DNA of 32,000 nt from Pseudomonas aeruginosa. GTDB taxonomy: Bacteria; Pseudomonadota; Gammaproteobacteria; Pseudomonadales; Pseudomonadaceae. This document shows, one piece after another, positions 1-9,607 of the stretch. The stretch's first letter is position 1. The number at the start of each line of letters is the position of its first letter. Location of the stretch: NCBI RefSeq assembly GCF_001457615.1, contig NZ_LN831024.1, positions 570,001-602,000 on the forward strand, written 5' to 3'. A model generated the notes under the pieces. That model made no database searches. It was not told the DNA's origin and was given only the letters and a program-made list of their open reading frames with translations. The position numbers were made by a program, and so were the translations under genes.

Positions 1-603
1 GACCTGGGCGCCGCCGACCTGCTCGGCCGCCATCTGATCGGCGCCGACGGCACCTGGTGGCAGGACGGCCCGCTGACCCGCGCGGTGCGCGAAGGCGGTA
101 TCTGCTACCTGGACGAAGTGGTGGAGGCGCGCCAGGACACCACGGTCGCCATCCACCCGCTGGCCGACGACCGCCGCGAGCTGTACCTGGAGCGCACCGG
201 CGAGACGTTGCAGGCGCCGCCTTCGTTCATGCTGGTGGTGTCCTACAACCCCGGCTACCAGAATCTGCTCAAGGGCCTGAAGCCCAGCACCCGGCAGCGT
301 TTCGTCGCGTTGCGCTTCGACTACCCGGCGGCGCAGCAGGAGGCACGCATCCTGGTCGGCGAGAGCGGTTGTGCCGAGGCCCTGGCGCAGCGCCTGGTGC
401 AGTTGGGCCAGGCGCTGCGGCGGCTGGAGCAGCACGACCTGGAGGAAGTCGCCTCGACCCGCCTGCTGATCTTCGCCGCGCGCCTCATCGGCGACGGCAT
501 GGACCCGCGCGAGGCGTGCCGGGTGGCGCTGGCCGAACCGCTCTCGGACGATCCGGCGACGGTGGCGGCGCTGATGGACATCGTCGATCTCCATGTCGCC
601 TGA
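1..603 (+). CDS. nirQ: NirQ/NorQ/CbbQ-type MoxR AAA+ ATPase, 5'-truncated by the window edge
   Basis: Frame 1 is open from base 1 (DLGAADLLGRHLIGADGTWWQDGPLTRAVREGGICYLDEVVEARQDT...) and continues into the 85..603 ORF. It resembles the CbbQ/NirQ/NorQ C-terminal region. Its stop overlaps the next start (ATGTCGCCTGA). It sits next to norCBD. Confidence 0.9.
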   Translation, partial: DLGAADLLGRHLIGADGTWWQDGPLTRAVREGGICYLDEVVEARQDTTVAIHPLADDRRELYLERTGETLQAPPSFMLVVSYNPGYQNLLKGLKPSTRQRFVALRFDYPAAQQEARILVGESGCAEALAQRLVQLGQALRRLEQHDLEEVASTRLLIFAARLIGDGMDPREACRVALAEPLSDDPATVAALMDIVDLHVA

Positions 604-1165
604 TACCGTCGAGCGGCGCCTGCCCGGCGACCTGGCGATGTGGTTCTTCATCCTCGCCGAACTCAGCGTGTTCAGCCTGCTGCTGCTGGCGTTCGCCGGC
701 GCCCAGGCCTGGCAGCCGGAGCTGTTCCGTGCCGGCCGGGAGCAACTGGATAGCCGCTGGGGCCTGTTGCTGACCGTGGCCCTGCTCAGCTCCGGCTGGC
801 TCGCCGCGCTGGCGGTGCATGCGGTGCGCCGCGGACGGCCGCGCCAGGCGAGCGGCTGGTTGCTGGCGGCGCTGCTGCTGGCGCTGGTCTACGTCGGCCT
901 GAAGCTGCACGAGTACGGGCGGCTCGCCGATCTCGGCCTGGACATCGAGCACGACACTTTCTTCACCCTCTACTGGTGCCTGACCGGCTTCCATTTCCTC
1001 CACGTCCTGCTCGGCCTGCTGATCCTCGGCTGGCTGGCGCAGGCCTGCTGGCGCCGGTGTTATACGCCGCAGGCTTGCTCGGGACTGGAGTCGGGAGTGC
1101 TCTACTGGCACATGGTCGACCTGGTCTGGGTGCTGCTGTTCCCGCTGGTCTACGTCCTGCAATGA
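593..1165 (+). CDS. nirO: Heme-copper oxidase subunit III-like membrane protein (NorE/NirO type)
   Basis: 190-aa polytopic membrane protein with CoxIII-like motifs (FFTLYWCLTGFHFLHVLLG, YWHMVDLVWVLLFPLVY). It overlaps the nirQ stop by 11 nt. Confidence 0.85.
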   Translation: MSPDTVERRLPGDLAMWFFILAELSVFSLLLLAFAGAQAWQPELFRAGREQLDSRWGLLLTVALLSSGWLAALAVHAVRRGRPRQASGWLLAALLLALVYVGLKLHEYGRLADLGLDIEHDTFFTLYWCLTGFHFLHVLLGLLILGWLAQACWRRCYTPQACSGLESGVLYWHMVDLVWVLLFPLVYVLQ

Positions 1166-1172
1166 GGTGCCT

Positions 1173-1430
1173 ATGCGAACCCTGACCCTCTGCTGGCTGG
1201 CGTTGCTGGCGCTGGCCGTGGCCGGTGTGCTGCTGGGCGGCGCCGGCGACTCTCCCTGGCTGCTGGCGGCGGTGCTGGCCTGCGCGGTGGCCAAGGGCTG
1301 GCTGATCGGCGAGCGCTTCATGGAGCTGGCCCATGCCCCGGCGCTATGGCGCCGCCTGCTGCTGGCCTGGCCGCTGCTGATGGCCCTGGCGGTGGGCGCT
1401 GCGCTGTACCTGGCGCGGATGAATAACTGA
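1173..1430 (+). CDS. nirP: Small 2-3 TM membrane protein (NorF/NirP-like)
   Basis: ORF 1167..1430. The ATG at 1173 has AGG about 5 nt upstream, with GTG at 1167 as an alternative start. The product is hydrophobic and starts just after the nirO stop. It occupies the same position as norF/nirP in nor clusters. Confidence 0.7.
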   Translation: MRTLTLCWLALLALAVAGVLLGGAGDSPWLLAAVLACAVAKGWLIGERFMELAHAPALWRRLLLAWPLLMALAVGAALYLARMNN

Positions 1431-1448
1431 GTAAATCGTTCGGGAATC

Positions 1449-1462
1449 TTGATTGCCATCAA
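1449..1462 (+). promoter_or_regulatory. FNR-type (DNR/ANR) box of the norCB promoter
   Basis: TTGATTGCCATCAA is a perfect match to TTGAT-N4-ATCAA. Its centre lies about 64 bp upstream of the norC ATG, inside the 89-bp nirP-norC spacer. Confidence 0.85.
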
Positions 1463-1488
1463 GCGGGTTCGCCGCCGCCGCTTCCTAG

Positions 1489-3357
<1,869 letters not shown>

Positions 3358-3358
3358 G

Positions 3359-5197
3359 ATGGCCTTCGCCGTCGAGCTGGAGGAATGGGTCGGCGCCCAC
3401 TGGCACCGCTTCATCACCCGCCATGCCAGCGGCGAGTTCGAGGCGGCGCGGGTGACCCTGGAGAGCATGCGGCGTCCGCTCGGCATGCTCTTCCGGGCGC
3501 TCGGCGGCGCACCGGGGGTAGCCCTCGAGGCGACCCCGGCGCGCCGCCTGCTGCTACGCCGCACCTGGTTGCAGCGGGTCGCCGGGACCTGCGAGCAGGC
3601 CCCGGTGTCCTGGTTCAACGGCGACAGCCTGCGCCTGCCGGAATCCCTCGCGGTCTATCCGCAGGCCGAGCTGAACCGCGAACTGTATCGCTGGCTGGCG
3701 CTGCTGGCGGCCAGCGCCGGGCCGCTGCGGCACTGGGCCCAGGACAACCAGCGCTGGGCGCGGCAGTTGCTCGATGCCTATCCGGCGCTGCGCCCGCGCT
3801 ACGCCCGGCTGGTCGCCGCGCATCTGCGCCAGCGCCCGTCGCTGGACGATTGCCCGGCGGCAGACGCCGAACTGGAAATCGCCCTGCGCCGCGCGCTTGC
3901 CGAGCCGGGCAGCGTCGAGCGCTTCCCGCGAGTCGAGCGGGCGCCCTGGCCGGTGCCGCTGTGGCTGTATCCCGGCGAGCGCTGGACGCCTTCCGCCAGC
4001 GCGGAGGACGGCGAGGAAGCGGCCGCCGGCGCCGGCAAGCGCCAGGTCGCCCGCAGCGGAGCGCGCAAGCGCGCCGAGCGCGTCGAGGAGCGCGACAGCG
4101 AGCGCAACCTGCTGCTGTTCCGCCTGGAAAGCCTGCTCAGTTGGTCGGAGCACCTGGCCCTGGACCGCTGTAGCGACGACGAGGACGACCCGGACGGCGC
4201 GCGCGTCGCCGAAGACCTCGACTACCTGTCGCTGTCGCGCCAGCGCACGCAGAAGGGCGGCGGCCTGCGCCTGGATCTCGACCTGCCGGCCGCCGACTAC
4301 GATGACCTGCCGCTCGGCCCCGGGCTGAAGCTGCCCGAGTGGGACTATCGGCAGCAGCGCCTGCTGAGCGACCACGTGCTGCTGCAACCGATGCGGCCGC
4401 GCGGCGCGACCAGCGCCAGCCTGCCGGCGCACCTGGAGAAGACCGCGCTGCATCTGCGCCGCCAGTTCGCCTGCCTGCGCGACGGCCGCCAACGCCTGCG
4501 CCAGCAGCCGCAAGGCGACGAGATCGACCTCGATGCCTGGCTCGACTTCCAGGTCGAGCGGCGCCGCGGCGGTTCCACCCAGCCAGGCCTGTTCCTCGAA
4601 CAGCGGTCGCGCCGGCGCGACCTCGCCTGCCTGTTGCTGGCGGACCTGTCGATGTCCACCGAAGCCTACCTCGACGACCAGCGGCGAGTGATCGACAGCA
4701 TCGTCGACAGCCTGCTGCTGTTCGGCGAGGCGTTGCAGGCACTGGGCGACCCCTTCGCGCTGTACGGGTTTTCCTCGGTGCGCCGGCAGCAGGTGCGCTG
4801 GCAGGTGCTGAAGGACTTCGACGAAGGCTACGGCGGCGAGGTCCGCGGTCGCGTGCTGGCGCTCTCGCCGGGCTACTACACGCGGATGGGCGCGGCGATC
4901 CGCCGGGCCAGCCAGGTGCTCGGCGGGCAGCCGCAGAAGCGTCGCCTGCTGTTGCTGTTGAGCGACGGCAAGCCCAACGACCTGGACCGCTACGAGGGCC
5001 GCTACGGCATCGAGGACACCCGCCAGGCGGTGATCGAGGCGCGCAGCCAGGGACTGGTGCCGTTCTGCATCACCATCGACAAGGAGGCGGCGGACTACCT
5101 GCCCTACCTGTTCGGCGCCGACGGCTTCGCGCTGGTCGAGCGCGCCGGGCAGTTGCCCGAGCGCCTGCTCCAGCTCTATCGGCGCCTACGCCGCTGA
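3359..5197 (+). CDS. norD: NorD, von Willebrand factor A-domain NO-reductase activation protein
   Basis: 612 aa, starting 1 nt after the norB stop. The C-terminal vWA domain has a MIDAS-like DLSMST motif and LLLLSDGKPND. It is the expected partner of the NirQ/NorQ AAA+ ATPase. Confidence 0.9.
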   Translation: MAFAVELEEWVGAHWHRFITRHASGEFEAARVTLESMRRPLGMLFRALGGAPGVALEATPARRLLLRRTWLQRVAGTCEQAPVSWFNGDSLRLPESLAVYPQAELNRELYRWLALLAASAGPLRHWAQDNQRWARQLLDAYPALRPRYARLVAAHLRQRPSLDDCPAADAELEIALRRALAEPGSVERFPRVERAPWPVPLWLYPGERWTPSASAEDGEEAAAGAGKRQVARSGARKRAERVEERDSERNLLLFRLESLLSWSEHLALDRCSDDEDDPDGARVAEDLDYLSLSRQRTQKGGGLRLDLDLPAADYDDLPLGPGLKLPEWDYRQQRLLSDHVLLQPMRPRGATSASLPAHLEKTALHLRRQFACLRDGRQRLRQQPQGDEIDLDAWLDFQVERRRGGSTQPGLFLEQRSRRRDLACLLLADLSMSTEAYLDDQRRVIDSIVDSLLLFGEALQALGDPFALYGFSSVRRQQVRWQVLKDFDEGYGGEVRGRVLALSPGYYTRMGAAIRRASQVLGGQPQKRRLLLLLSDGKPNDLDRYEGRYGIEDTRQAVIEARSQGLVPFCITIDKEAADYLPYLFGADGFALVERAGQLPERLLQLYRRLRR

Positions 5198-5203
5198 GAG
5201 GCC

Positions 5204-5398
5204 TCAGGGAGCATCGCGCGGCAACCAGAGCATCATGCCCAGGCAGAACAGCGCCAGCCCGACGCAGAACCAGGCGAAGCGCCGCTGCCGGCGACCCTGG
5301 AGCTGGCGCTGGGAAGCGCTGGGCAGCGGCATGCCGCACTGTTCGCAGGCGCTTTCCGCGCCTTCGGTTTCATGGAGGCAATACAGGCATTGGCGCAT
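5204..5398 (-). CDS. Small zinc-ribbon protein with a C-terminal TM helix (hypothetical)
   Basis: 64 aa: CLYC...CEQC (CxxC-N12-CxxC), then an Arg-rich linker and a hydrophobic helix (FAWFCVGLALFCLGMMLWL). GC3-rich codons. An FNR-type box lies upstream. Confidence 0.65.
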   Translation of the reverse strand: MRQCLYCLHETEGAESACEQCGMPLPSASQRQLQGRRQRRFAWFCVGLALFCLGMMLWLPRDAP

Positions 5399-5454
5399 GG
5401 GCGTTCTCGCGGGCTCGACCCCGCCAGCTTGCCGGCGGACGGGCCGTGGCGCGC

Positions 5455-5468
5455 TTGACCGCGATCAA
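5455..5468 (-). promoter_or_regulatory. FNR-type (ANR/DNR) box upstream of the zinc-ribbon ORF
   Basis: TTGACCGCGATCAA matches 9 of 10 consensus positions of TTGAT-N4-ATCAA. Its centre is about 63 bp upstream of the ATG at 5398, just downstream of the dnr stop. Confidence 0.7.
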
Positions 5469-5481
5469 GCGGCGGCGCTGT

Positions 5482-6165
5482 TCACTCGAAGCACTCCAGG
5501 CGTTCGCGGTCGAGGATGCTGATTTCGCGGCCGTCGAGGCGGATGATGCCCTCGTCGCCGAGGCGGTGCATGATCCGCGAGAAGGTTTCCGGCTGGATCG
5601 ACAGGTGACCGGCCACCAGTTGCTTGGCCACCGGGATTTCCACCCGGCAGTTCTCCCCCGGCGCGTGGGCGGCGAGGGTCAGCAGGTAGCGCACCACGCG
5701 GTGGGTGGCGTTCTTCAGGGAAAGCGTCTCGATCTCGTCGATGCGCTGGTGCAGGCGGGTGCTGAGCTTGGCCAGCAGGGCCAGGGCCAACGGGGTGTTG
5801 TCCTGCAACTGGCGCAGGTAGGCCTTGTTGGAGAAACGGAACAGCTGGCTGGGCACCACGGCCTGGGCGGTGGCCACGTAGTTCGGGGTGTCCATGAACA
5901 TCATTGCCTCGGCGAAGGTGTTGCGTTCGTTGGTCACTTCGAGAATCTTCTCCTGGCCTTCCGGGGTCAGCCGGTAGATCTTCACGCAGCCGGAAATCAG
6001 GTAGTAGAAGGCGTGCGCCGGCTCGCCCTGGCGGAACACGTAGGCGCCCTTGTCGAGGTTGACCAGGTCGCTGCTGGCGAGCAGTTCCTGGAGCTGGACG
6101 GGAGAAAGCGGTTCGAACAGGTGGTGGCTTTGCAGCAACTGCTGGTGGACGCGCTGGAATTCCAT
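5482..6165 (-). CDS. dnr: CRP/FNR-family NO-responsive transcriptional regulator DNR
   Basis: Start taken at MEFQRVHQQLLQSHHLFEPLSP (227 aa) inside ORF 5482..6240. It has a cNMP-binding-like beta-roll and a C-terminal HTH (ETFSRIMHRLGDEG). It lies beside the nor genes. Confidence 0.9.
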   Translation of the reverse strand: MEFQRVHQQLLQSHHLFEPLSPVQLQELLASSDLVNLDKGAYVFRQGEPAHAFYYLISGCVKIYRLTPEGQEKILEVTNERNTFAEAMMFMDTPNYVATAQAVVPSQLFRFSNKAYLRQLQDNTPLALALLAKLSTRLHQRIDEIETLSLKNATHRVVRYLLTLAAHAPGENCRVEIPVAKQLVAGHLSIQPETFSRIMHRLGDEGIIRLDGREISILDRERLECFE

Positions 6166-6226
6166 GCTGGGAAGGCTCGCGATGATGAGGGGACTGGCCA
6201 CTGTAGCGGGCCCGGCGCAGATCATC

Positions 6227-6240
6227 TTGACGCACGGCAA
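6227..6240 (-). promoter_or_regulatory. Degenerate FNR-type box (candidate ANR site of the dnr promoter)
   Basis: Minus-strand TTGCCGTGCGTCAA matches 7 of 10 consensus positions. Its centre is about 68 bp upstream of the dnr ATG. Confidence 0.4.
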
Positions 6241-6293
6241 GCTCCCGGCGGCTGGGTGTTGCCGTCGGTCCGGCGAGCGGAACTATTACAGCG

Positions 6294-6311
6294 TGTAAGC
6301 CAAGGCTTACA
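6294..6311 (+). promoter_or_regulatory. GacA-box upstream activating sequence of rsmY
   Basis: Perfect 18-bp palindrome TGTAAGCCAAGGCTTACA (TGTAAG-N6-CTTACA). Its centre is about 66 bp upstream of the inferred RsmY 5' end. A TAATCT -10-like hexamer lies at 6356-6361. Confidence 0.85.
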
Positions 6312-6368
6312 AACGGCGGTGGTTTTGGCTGCTTTCTCCCCCTCGCGGAGATGCGTAATCTTCAAACC

Positions 6369-6494
6369 GTCAGGACATTGCGCAGGAAGCGCCAAAGACA
6401 ATACGGAAACTCAGGGAATCCACCATGGATGGTGGCGTAGCACGGATGTCAGGATAGAGGTCTGCAAAACCCCGCCCAAAAGGCGGGGTTTTTT
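6369..6494 (+). ncRNA. rsmY: RsmY, an RsmA/CsrA-sequestering small RNA
   Basis: About 125 nt starting GTCAGGACATTGCGCAGGAAGCG. It carries seven GGA motifs (6373, 6385, 6405, 6415, 6427, 6444, 6452). It ends in an ACCCCGCC/GGCGGGGT hairpin followed by T6. I recognise the sequence as P. aeruginosa RsmY from memory. Confidence 0.9.
6466..6494. terminator. Bidirectional intrinsic terminator (RsmY on +, LysR gene on -)
   Basis: AAAACCCCGCC-caaaa-GGCGGGGTTTTTT: an 8-bp GC stem with an A4 tract on one side and T6 on the other. It lies 25 nt beyond the stop of the minus-strand LysR gene. Confidence 0.9.
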
Positions 6495-6518
6495 ATTGCC
6501 CGCGAAAAACCGCGTCGC

Positions 6519-7397
6519 TCAGACCACGCCTTCCAGCAGCGAGCGCAGCAGCTCGACGCTGGCGTGCTGGCGTTGCGCGTCGCGGTAGACCAGGCCGACC
6601 TTCAGCGGGATGCGCGGTTCGCTGAGCGGTTTCCACAGCAGCCGCTGGTTCGAGTGCATCTGCCGTGCCTTGCCCGGTAGAACGGTGGCGAAGCGGGTCT
6701 GCGGCAGGCTGTCGAGAATCCCGCTCATGTGGTTCAGTTCCGCCTGCACCCGCGGCCGCCGGCCGATCGCGGCGAGTTGCTCCTGCCAGATCTGGCGCGC
6801 GCGGAACTCTTCGCCGAGCAGCAGCATCGGCAACTCCGCGGCCTGGGCCAGGGACACCTTTCTGAACTCCTTCAACGGGTGTTCCTCGGGGATCACCAGC
6901 TGCAATTCGTCCTCGTACAGCTCGACGCTGTGCAAGCCCGGCTGGCGCGGCGGCAGGAAGCCGATGCCGATATCCAGGTTGCCGGTGAGCAGGCGCCGCT
7001 CGATGTCGATTCCCGACAGTTCGTAGATCTGCACCCGCAGATGCGGCTGCGCGGCGTGCAGGCGTTCGACCATGTACGGCACCAGGCTGGCGTTGACCGT
7101 CTGCAGTACGCCGATCGCCAGGCTGCGCGGGGTCTGCCCGCGGAATACGCGCATCGCCTCGCGGGCCCTTTCCAATCCCTCCAGCAGCGGTACCGCATGG
7201 TTGTACAGGGTGTGGGCGGCGACGGTCGGCAGCAGGCGCTTGCCGCTGCGCTGGAACAGCGAGACGTCGAGGTTCTGCTCCAACTGGCGGATCTGCTGCG
7301 AGAGGGCCGGTTGCGACAGGGCCAGGCGTTCGGCGGCGCGGCCGACGTGGCCTTCCTCGTAGAGCGCGACGAAATAGCGGAGTTGGCGAAAATCCAT
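6519..7397 (-). CDS. LysR-family transcriptional regulator
   Basis: 292 aa with an N-terminal wHTH (MDFRQLRYFVALYEEGHVGRAAERLALSQPALSQQIRQLE) and a LysR substrate-binding domain. It is divergent from the MOSC operon. Confidence 0.9.
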   Translation of the reverse strand: MDFRQLRYFVALYEEGHVGRAAERLALSQPALSQQIRQLEQNLDVSLFQRSGKRLLPTVAAHTLYNHAVPLLEGLERAREAMRVFRGQTPRSLAIGVLQTVNASLVPYMVERLHAAQPHLRVQIYELSGIDIERRLLTGNLDIGIGFLPPRQPGLHSVELYEDELQLVIPEEHPLKEFRKVSLAQAAELPMLLLGEEFRARQIWQEQLAAIGRRPRVQAELNHMSGILDSLPQTRFATVLPGKARQMHSNQRLLWKPLSEPRIPLKVGLVYRDAQRQHASVELLRSLLEGVV

Positions 7398-7409
7398 AAG
7401 CTGTTCTTA

Positions 7410-7430
7410 TCGATGAAACTGGAAAATCGA
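7410..7430. promoter_or_regulatory. LysR-type T-N11-A dyad in the divergent promoter
   Basis: TCGAT-gaaactggaaa-ATCGA: 5-bp inverted arms whose inner T and A are separated by 11 nt. It lies 13 bp upstream of the LysR ATG in an AT-rich patch. Confidence 0.5.
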
Positions 7431-7498
7431 AATGGAGTGGGTCCCGCGTAAGGCACTATTCTAGCTGCATTGGCGGTACATCGGGTGGTCGCGGAGCA

Positions 7499-8200
7499 AT
7501 GGAGCAGATAGTCGTAAACGGTGTTTTCATAGGTAAAGTCGAAGAAACCTGGGGCGGATTGGTCAGCGCGATCGACAAGCTGCCGGTCGAGCAGGAGTTC
7601 TGGCTGGGCCACGATGGCCTGCCCGGCGACGAACAGGCCGACATCCGCCACCACGGCGGCCTCGAGCGCGCTCTTCATCACTATCCCGCCGAGCACTACC
7701 GCTACTGGCGCAAGCGCCACCCGCTGAACCGCTGGCAACTGCCGGCGTTCGGCGAGAACATCTCGACCTACGGCATCACCGAAGCCGAGGTCTGCATCGG
7801 CGACCAGTTCCATTGGGGCGATGCCCTGCTGGAAGTCAGCCAGCCGCGTTCGCCCTGCTATCGCCAGGGCCAGCGCTGGAATCTTCCCGAGCTGCCCGAC
7901 GAATTGCAGAGCGGCGGCCGCTGCGGCTGGTTCTATCGGGTCCTGCGCAGCGGCATGGTGACTCCCGGGGACGAGCTGAAGCTGGTCCAGCGGCATTACC
8001 CTGAACTGACCGTCGCCCGCCTGTTGCAGTGGTATTTCGGCGATCCCCTGGAGCCTCTCGGGTTGCGCCAGATGATGGCCTGCGACGCGCTATCCCAGCG
8101 TTGGCGCAAGACAGCGGCGAAACGCCTGTCCAGCGGCGTGGTGGAAGACTGGGGGCCGCGCCTGCGCGGACCGTCGGATTACCGGGAGCATGCCTCTTGA
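7499..8200 (+). CDS. MOSC-domain protein (YiiM-like, with a 3-alpha C-terminal region)
   Basis: 233 aa with motifs HGGLERALHHYPAEHY, GENISTYG and the conserved Cys in VSQPRSPCYRQG. Confidence 0.85.
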   Translation: MEQIVVNGVFIGKVEETWGGLVSAIDKLPVEQEFWLGHDGLPGDEQADIRHHGGLERALHHYPAEHYRYWRKRHPLNRWQLPAFGENISTYGITEAEVCIGDQFHWGDALLEVSQPRSPCYRQGQRWNLPELPDELQSGGRCGWFYRVLRSGMVTPGDELKLVQRHYPELTVARLLQWYFGDPLEPLGLRQMMACDALSQRWRKTAAKRLSSGVVEDWGPRLRGPSDYREHAS

Positions 8201-8433
8201 GCGACTACCTGATCACCCTGAGCCAGTCCGGCCGGCTGTTGGCCAGCATGACGGTGAGCGCCGCGCGCTTTGCCGAGGTGCGCGAGCTGATGCGCCAGCG
8301 CTTCCCCGCCGGCGACGGCTTCGAACTGCGCATCGAAACGCGCCGGGAAAGCCGCCGGCTGCTGGAACAGGGGCCGCAGGGCGTGCGCTTGCTGGCGGTG
8401 GAGTACATGACCGAGGAACTGAAAGATGGCTGA
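8197..8433 (+). CDS. Small hypothetical protein (61-78 aa), not listed as its own ORF-track entry (it lies inside the 8029..8433 entry)
   Basis: This is the 3' part of track ORF 8029..8433. A TTG at 8197 overlaps the MOSC stop (TTGA); an alternative ATG lies at 8248. Its stop overlaps the aminotransferase start (ATGGCTGA). Third-position G/C is very high across the 225-bp gap between the flanking genes. Confidence 0.55.
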   Translation: MSDYLITLSQSGRLLASMTVSAARFAEVRELMRQRFPAGDGFELRIETRRESRRLLEQGPQGVRLLAVEYMTEELKDG

Positions 8434-9607
8434 TGCGCTGGATAGCCTGCGCCTGATGCGCACCCAGGAACGGCCCGAACAGGTGTTCGTCCGTGGCCAG
8501 GGCTCGTGGCTGTGGGACAGCGACGGACGCGCCTTCCTCGACTTTACCCAGGGCCTGGCGGTGAACTGCCTTGGCCACAGTCCCAGCGTGCTGGTCCAGG
8601 CCCTGGCCCGGCAGGCGCGGGAGCTGGTCAGCGCCGGCCCCGGCCTGCTCAACCGGCCGGTGCTGGCATTGGCGCAGCGCCTGTGCCTGGCGACCGGCAG
8701 CGACCAGGCCTACTTCCTCACCAGCGGCGCCGAGGCCAACGAAGCGGCCATCGCCCTGGCGCGCAAGTGGGGCCGCCTGCATCGCGGCGGCGCGCAACGG
8801 ATCGTCAGCACTGTCAACAGCATCCATGGACGCACCCCGGGCACCCTGACGGCTTGTGGCAAGCCGGCGCAGCATGGCCTGGAGGGATTTGCCAGGGTGC
8901 CGTTCAACGACCTCGACGCCATGGCCGCGGCCATCGACGAAGAGACGGTGGCGGTGATGCTGGAGCCGGTGCAGGGCGATGCCGGGGTGATCCCGGCGAC
9001 CCTCGACTACCTGCGTGGCATCGAGCGGCTGTGCCGGCAGCGTGGCGTCCTGTTGATCCTCGACGAGGTGCAGACCGGCATCGGCCGCTGCGGCGCGCTG
9101 CTGGCGGAGGAACTGTACGGGGTACGCGCCGACATCGTTACCCTCGGCAAGGGCCTCGGCGCCGGGGTGCCGCTGTCGGCGCTGCTGGCGCGTGGCAACG
9201 CCTGCTGCTTCGAACCGGGCGACCAGCTTGGCACCCACCACGGCAACGCGTTGATGACCGCTGCCGGGCTGGCGGTACTGAATACCGTGCTGGAGCCGGG
9301 TTTCCTGGAGCAGGTGCGCGAGCAGGGCACCCACCTGCGCGATGGCCTGGCCCGTGTCGCGCGTCGCTATGGGCATGGTCCGCTGCGCGGCCAGGGACTG
9401 TTCTGGGGGCTGCCGCTGATCGGCCAGCGCGCGCCGGCGGTGGTTCGCGCGGCGTTCGGCGAAGGCCTGCTGATCAACGCGCCGCAGCCGCACTGCCTGC
9501 GTTTTTCCCCGGCGCTGACGGTGAGCCGGGCCAACGTCGACGAAATGCTGCGGCGACTGGAACGGGCCCTGGCCCGGGTCGCCAACCGACACGAGGAGGT
9601 GGCCTGA
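8426..9607 (+). CDS. Class-III PLP-dependent aminotransferase (acetylornithine/omega-aminotransferase-like)
   Basis: 393 aa with motifs LTSGAEANEAAI, LILDEVQTGIGRCG and the PLP-lysine context DIVTLGKGLGAG. Confidence 0.9.
   Translation: MADALDSLRLMRTQERPEQVFVRGQGSWLWDSDGRAFLDFTQGLAVNCLGHSPSVLVQALARQARELVSAGPGLLNRPVLALAQRLCLATGSDQAYFLTSGAEANEAAIALARKWGRLHRGGAQRIVSTVNSIHGRTPGTLTACGKPAQHGLEGFARVPFNDLDAMAAAIDEETVAVMLEPVQGDAGVIPATLDYLRGIERLCRQRGVLLILDEVQTGIGRCGALLAEELYGVRADIVTLGKGLGAGVPLSALLARGNACCFEPGDQLGTHHGNALMTAAGLAVLNTVLEPGFLEQVREQGTHLRDGLARVARRYGHGPLRGQGLFWGLPLIGQRAPAVVRAAFGEGLLINAPQPHCLRFSPALTVSRANVDEMLRRLERALARVANRHEEVA

Noticed and set aside
5195-5206. GAGGCCTC palindrome between the convergent norD and zinc-ribbon stops as a terminator
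   Set aside because: An 8-bp self-complementary sequence with no loop and no T-tract cannot form a meaningful hairpin.
4339-6588. 749-aa plus-strand ORF running through norD, the zinc-ribbon ORF, dnr and RsmY
   Set aside because: It is out of frame with norD and antisense to dnr, and it crosses an sRNA and a terminator. The product is Arg/Ala/Pro-rich. It is a GC-content artefact.
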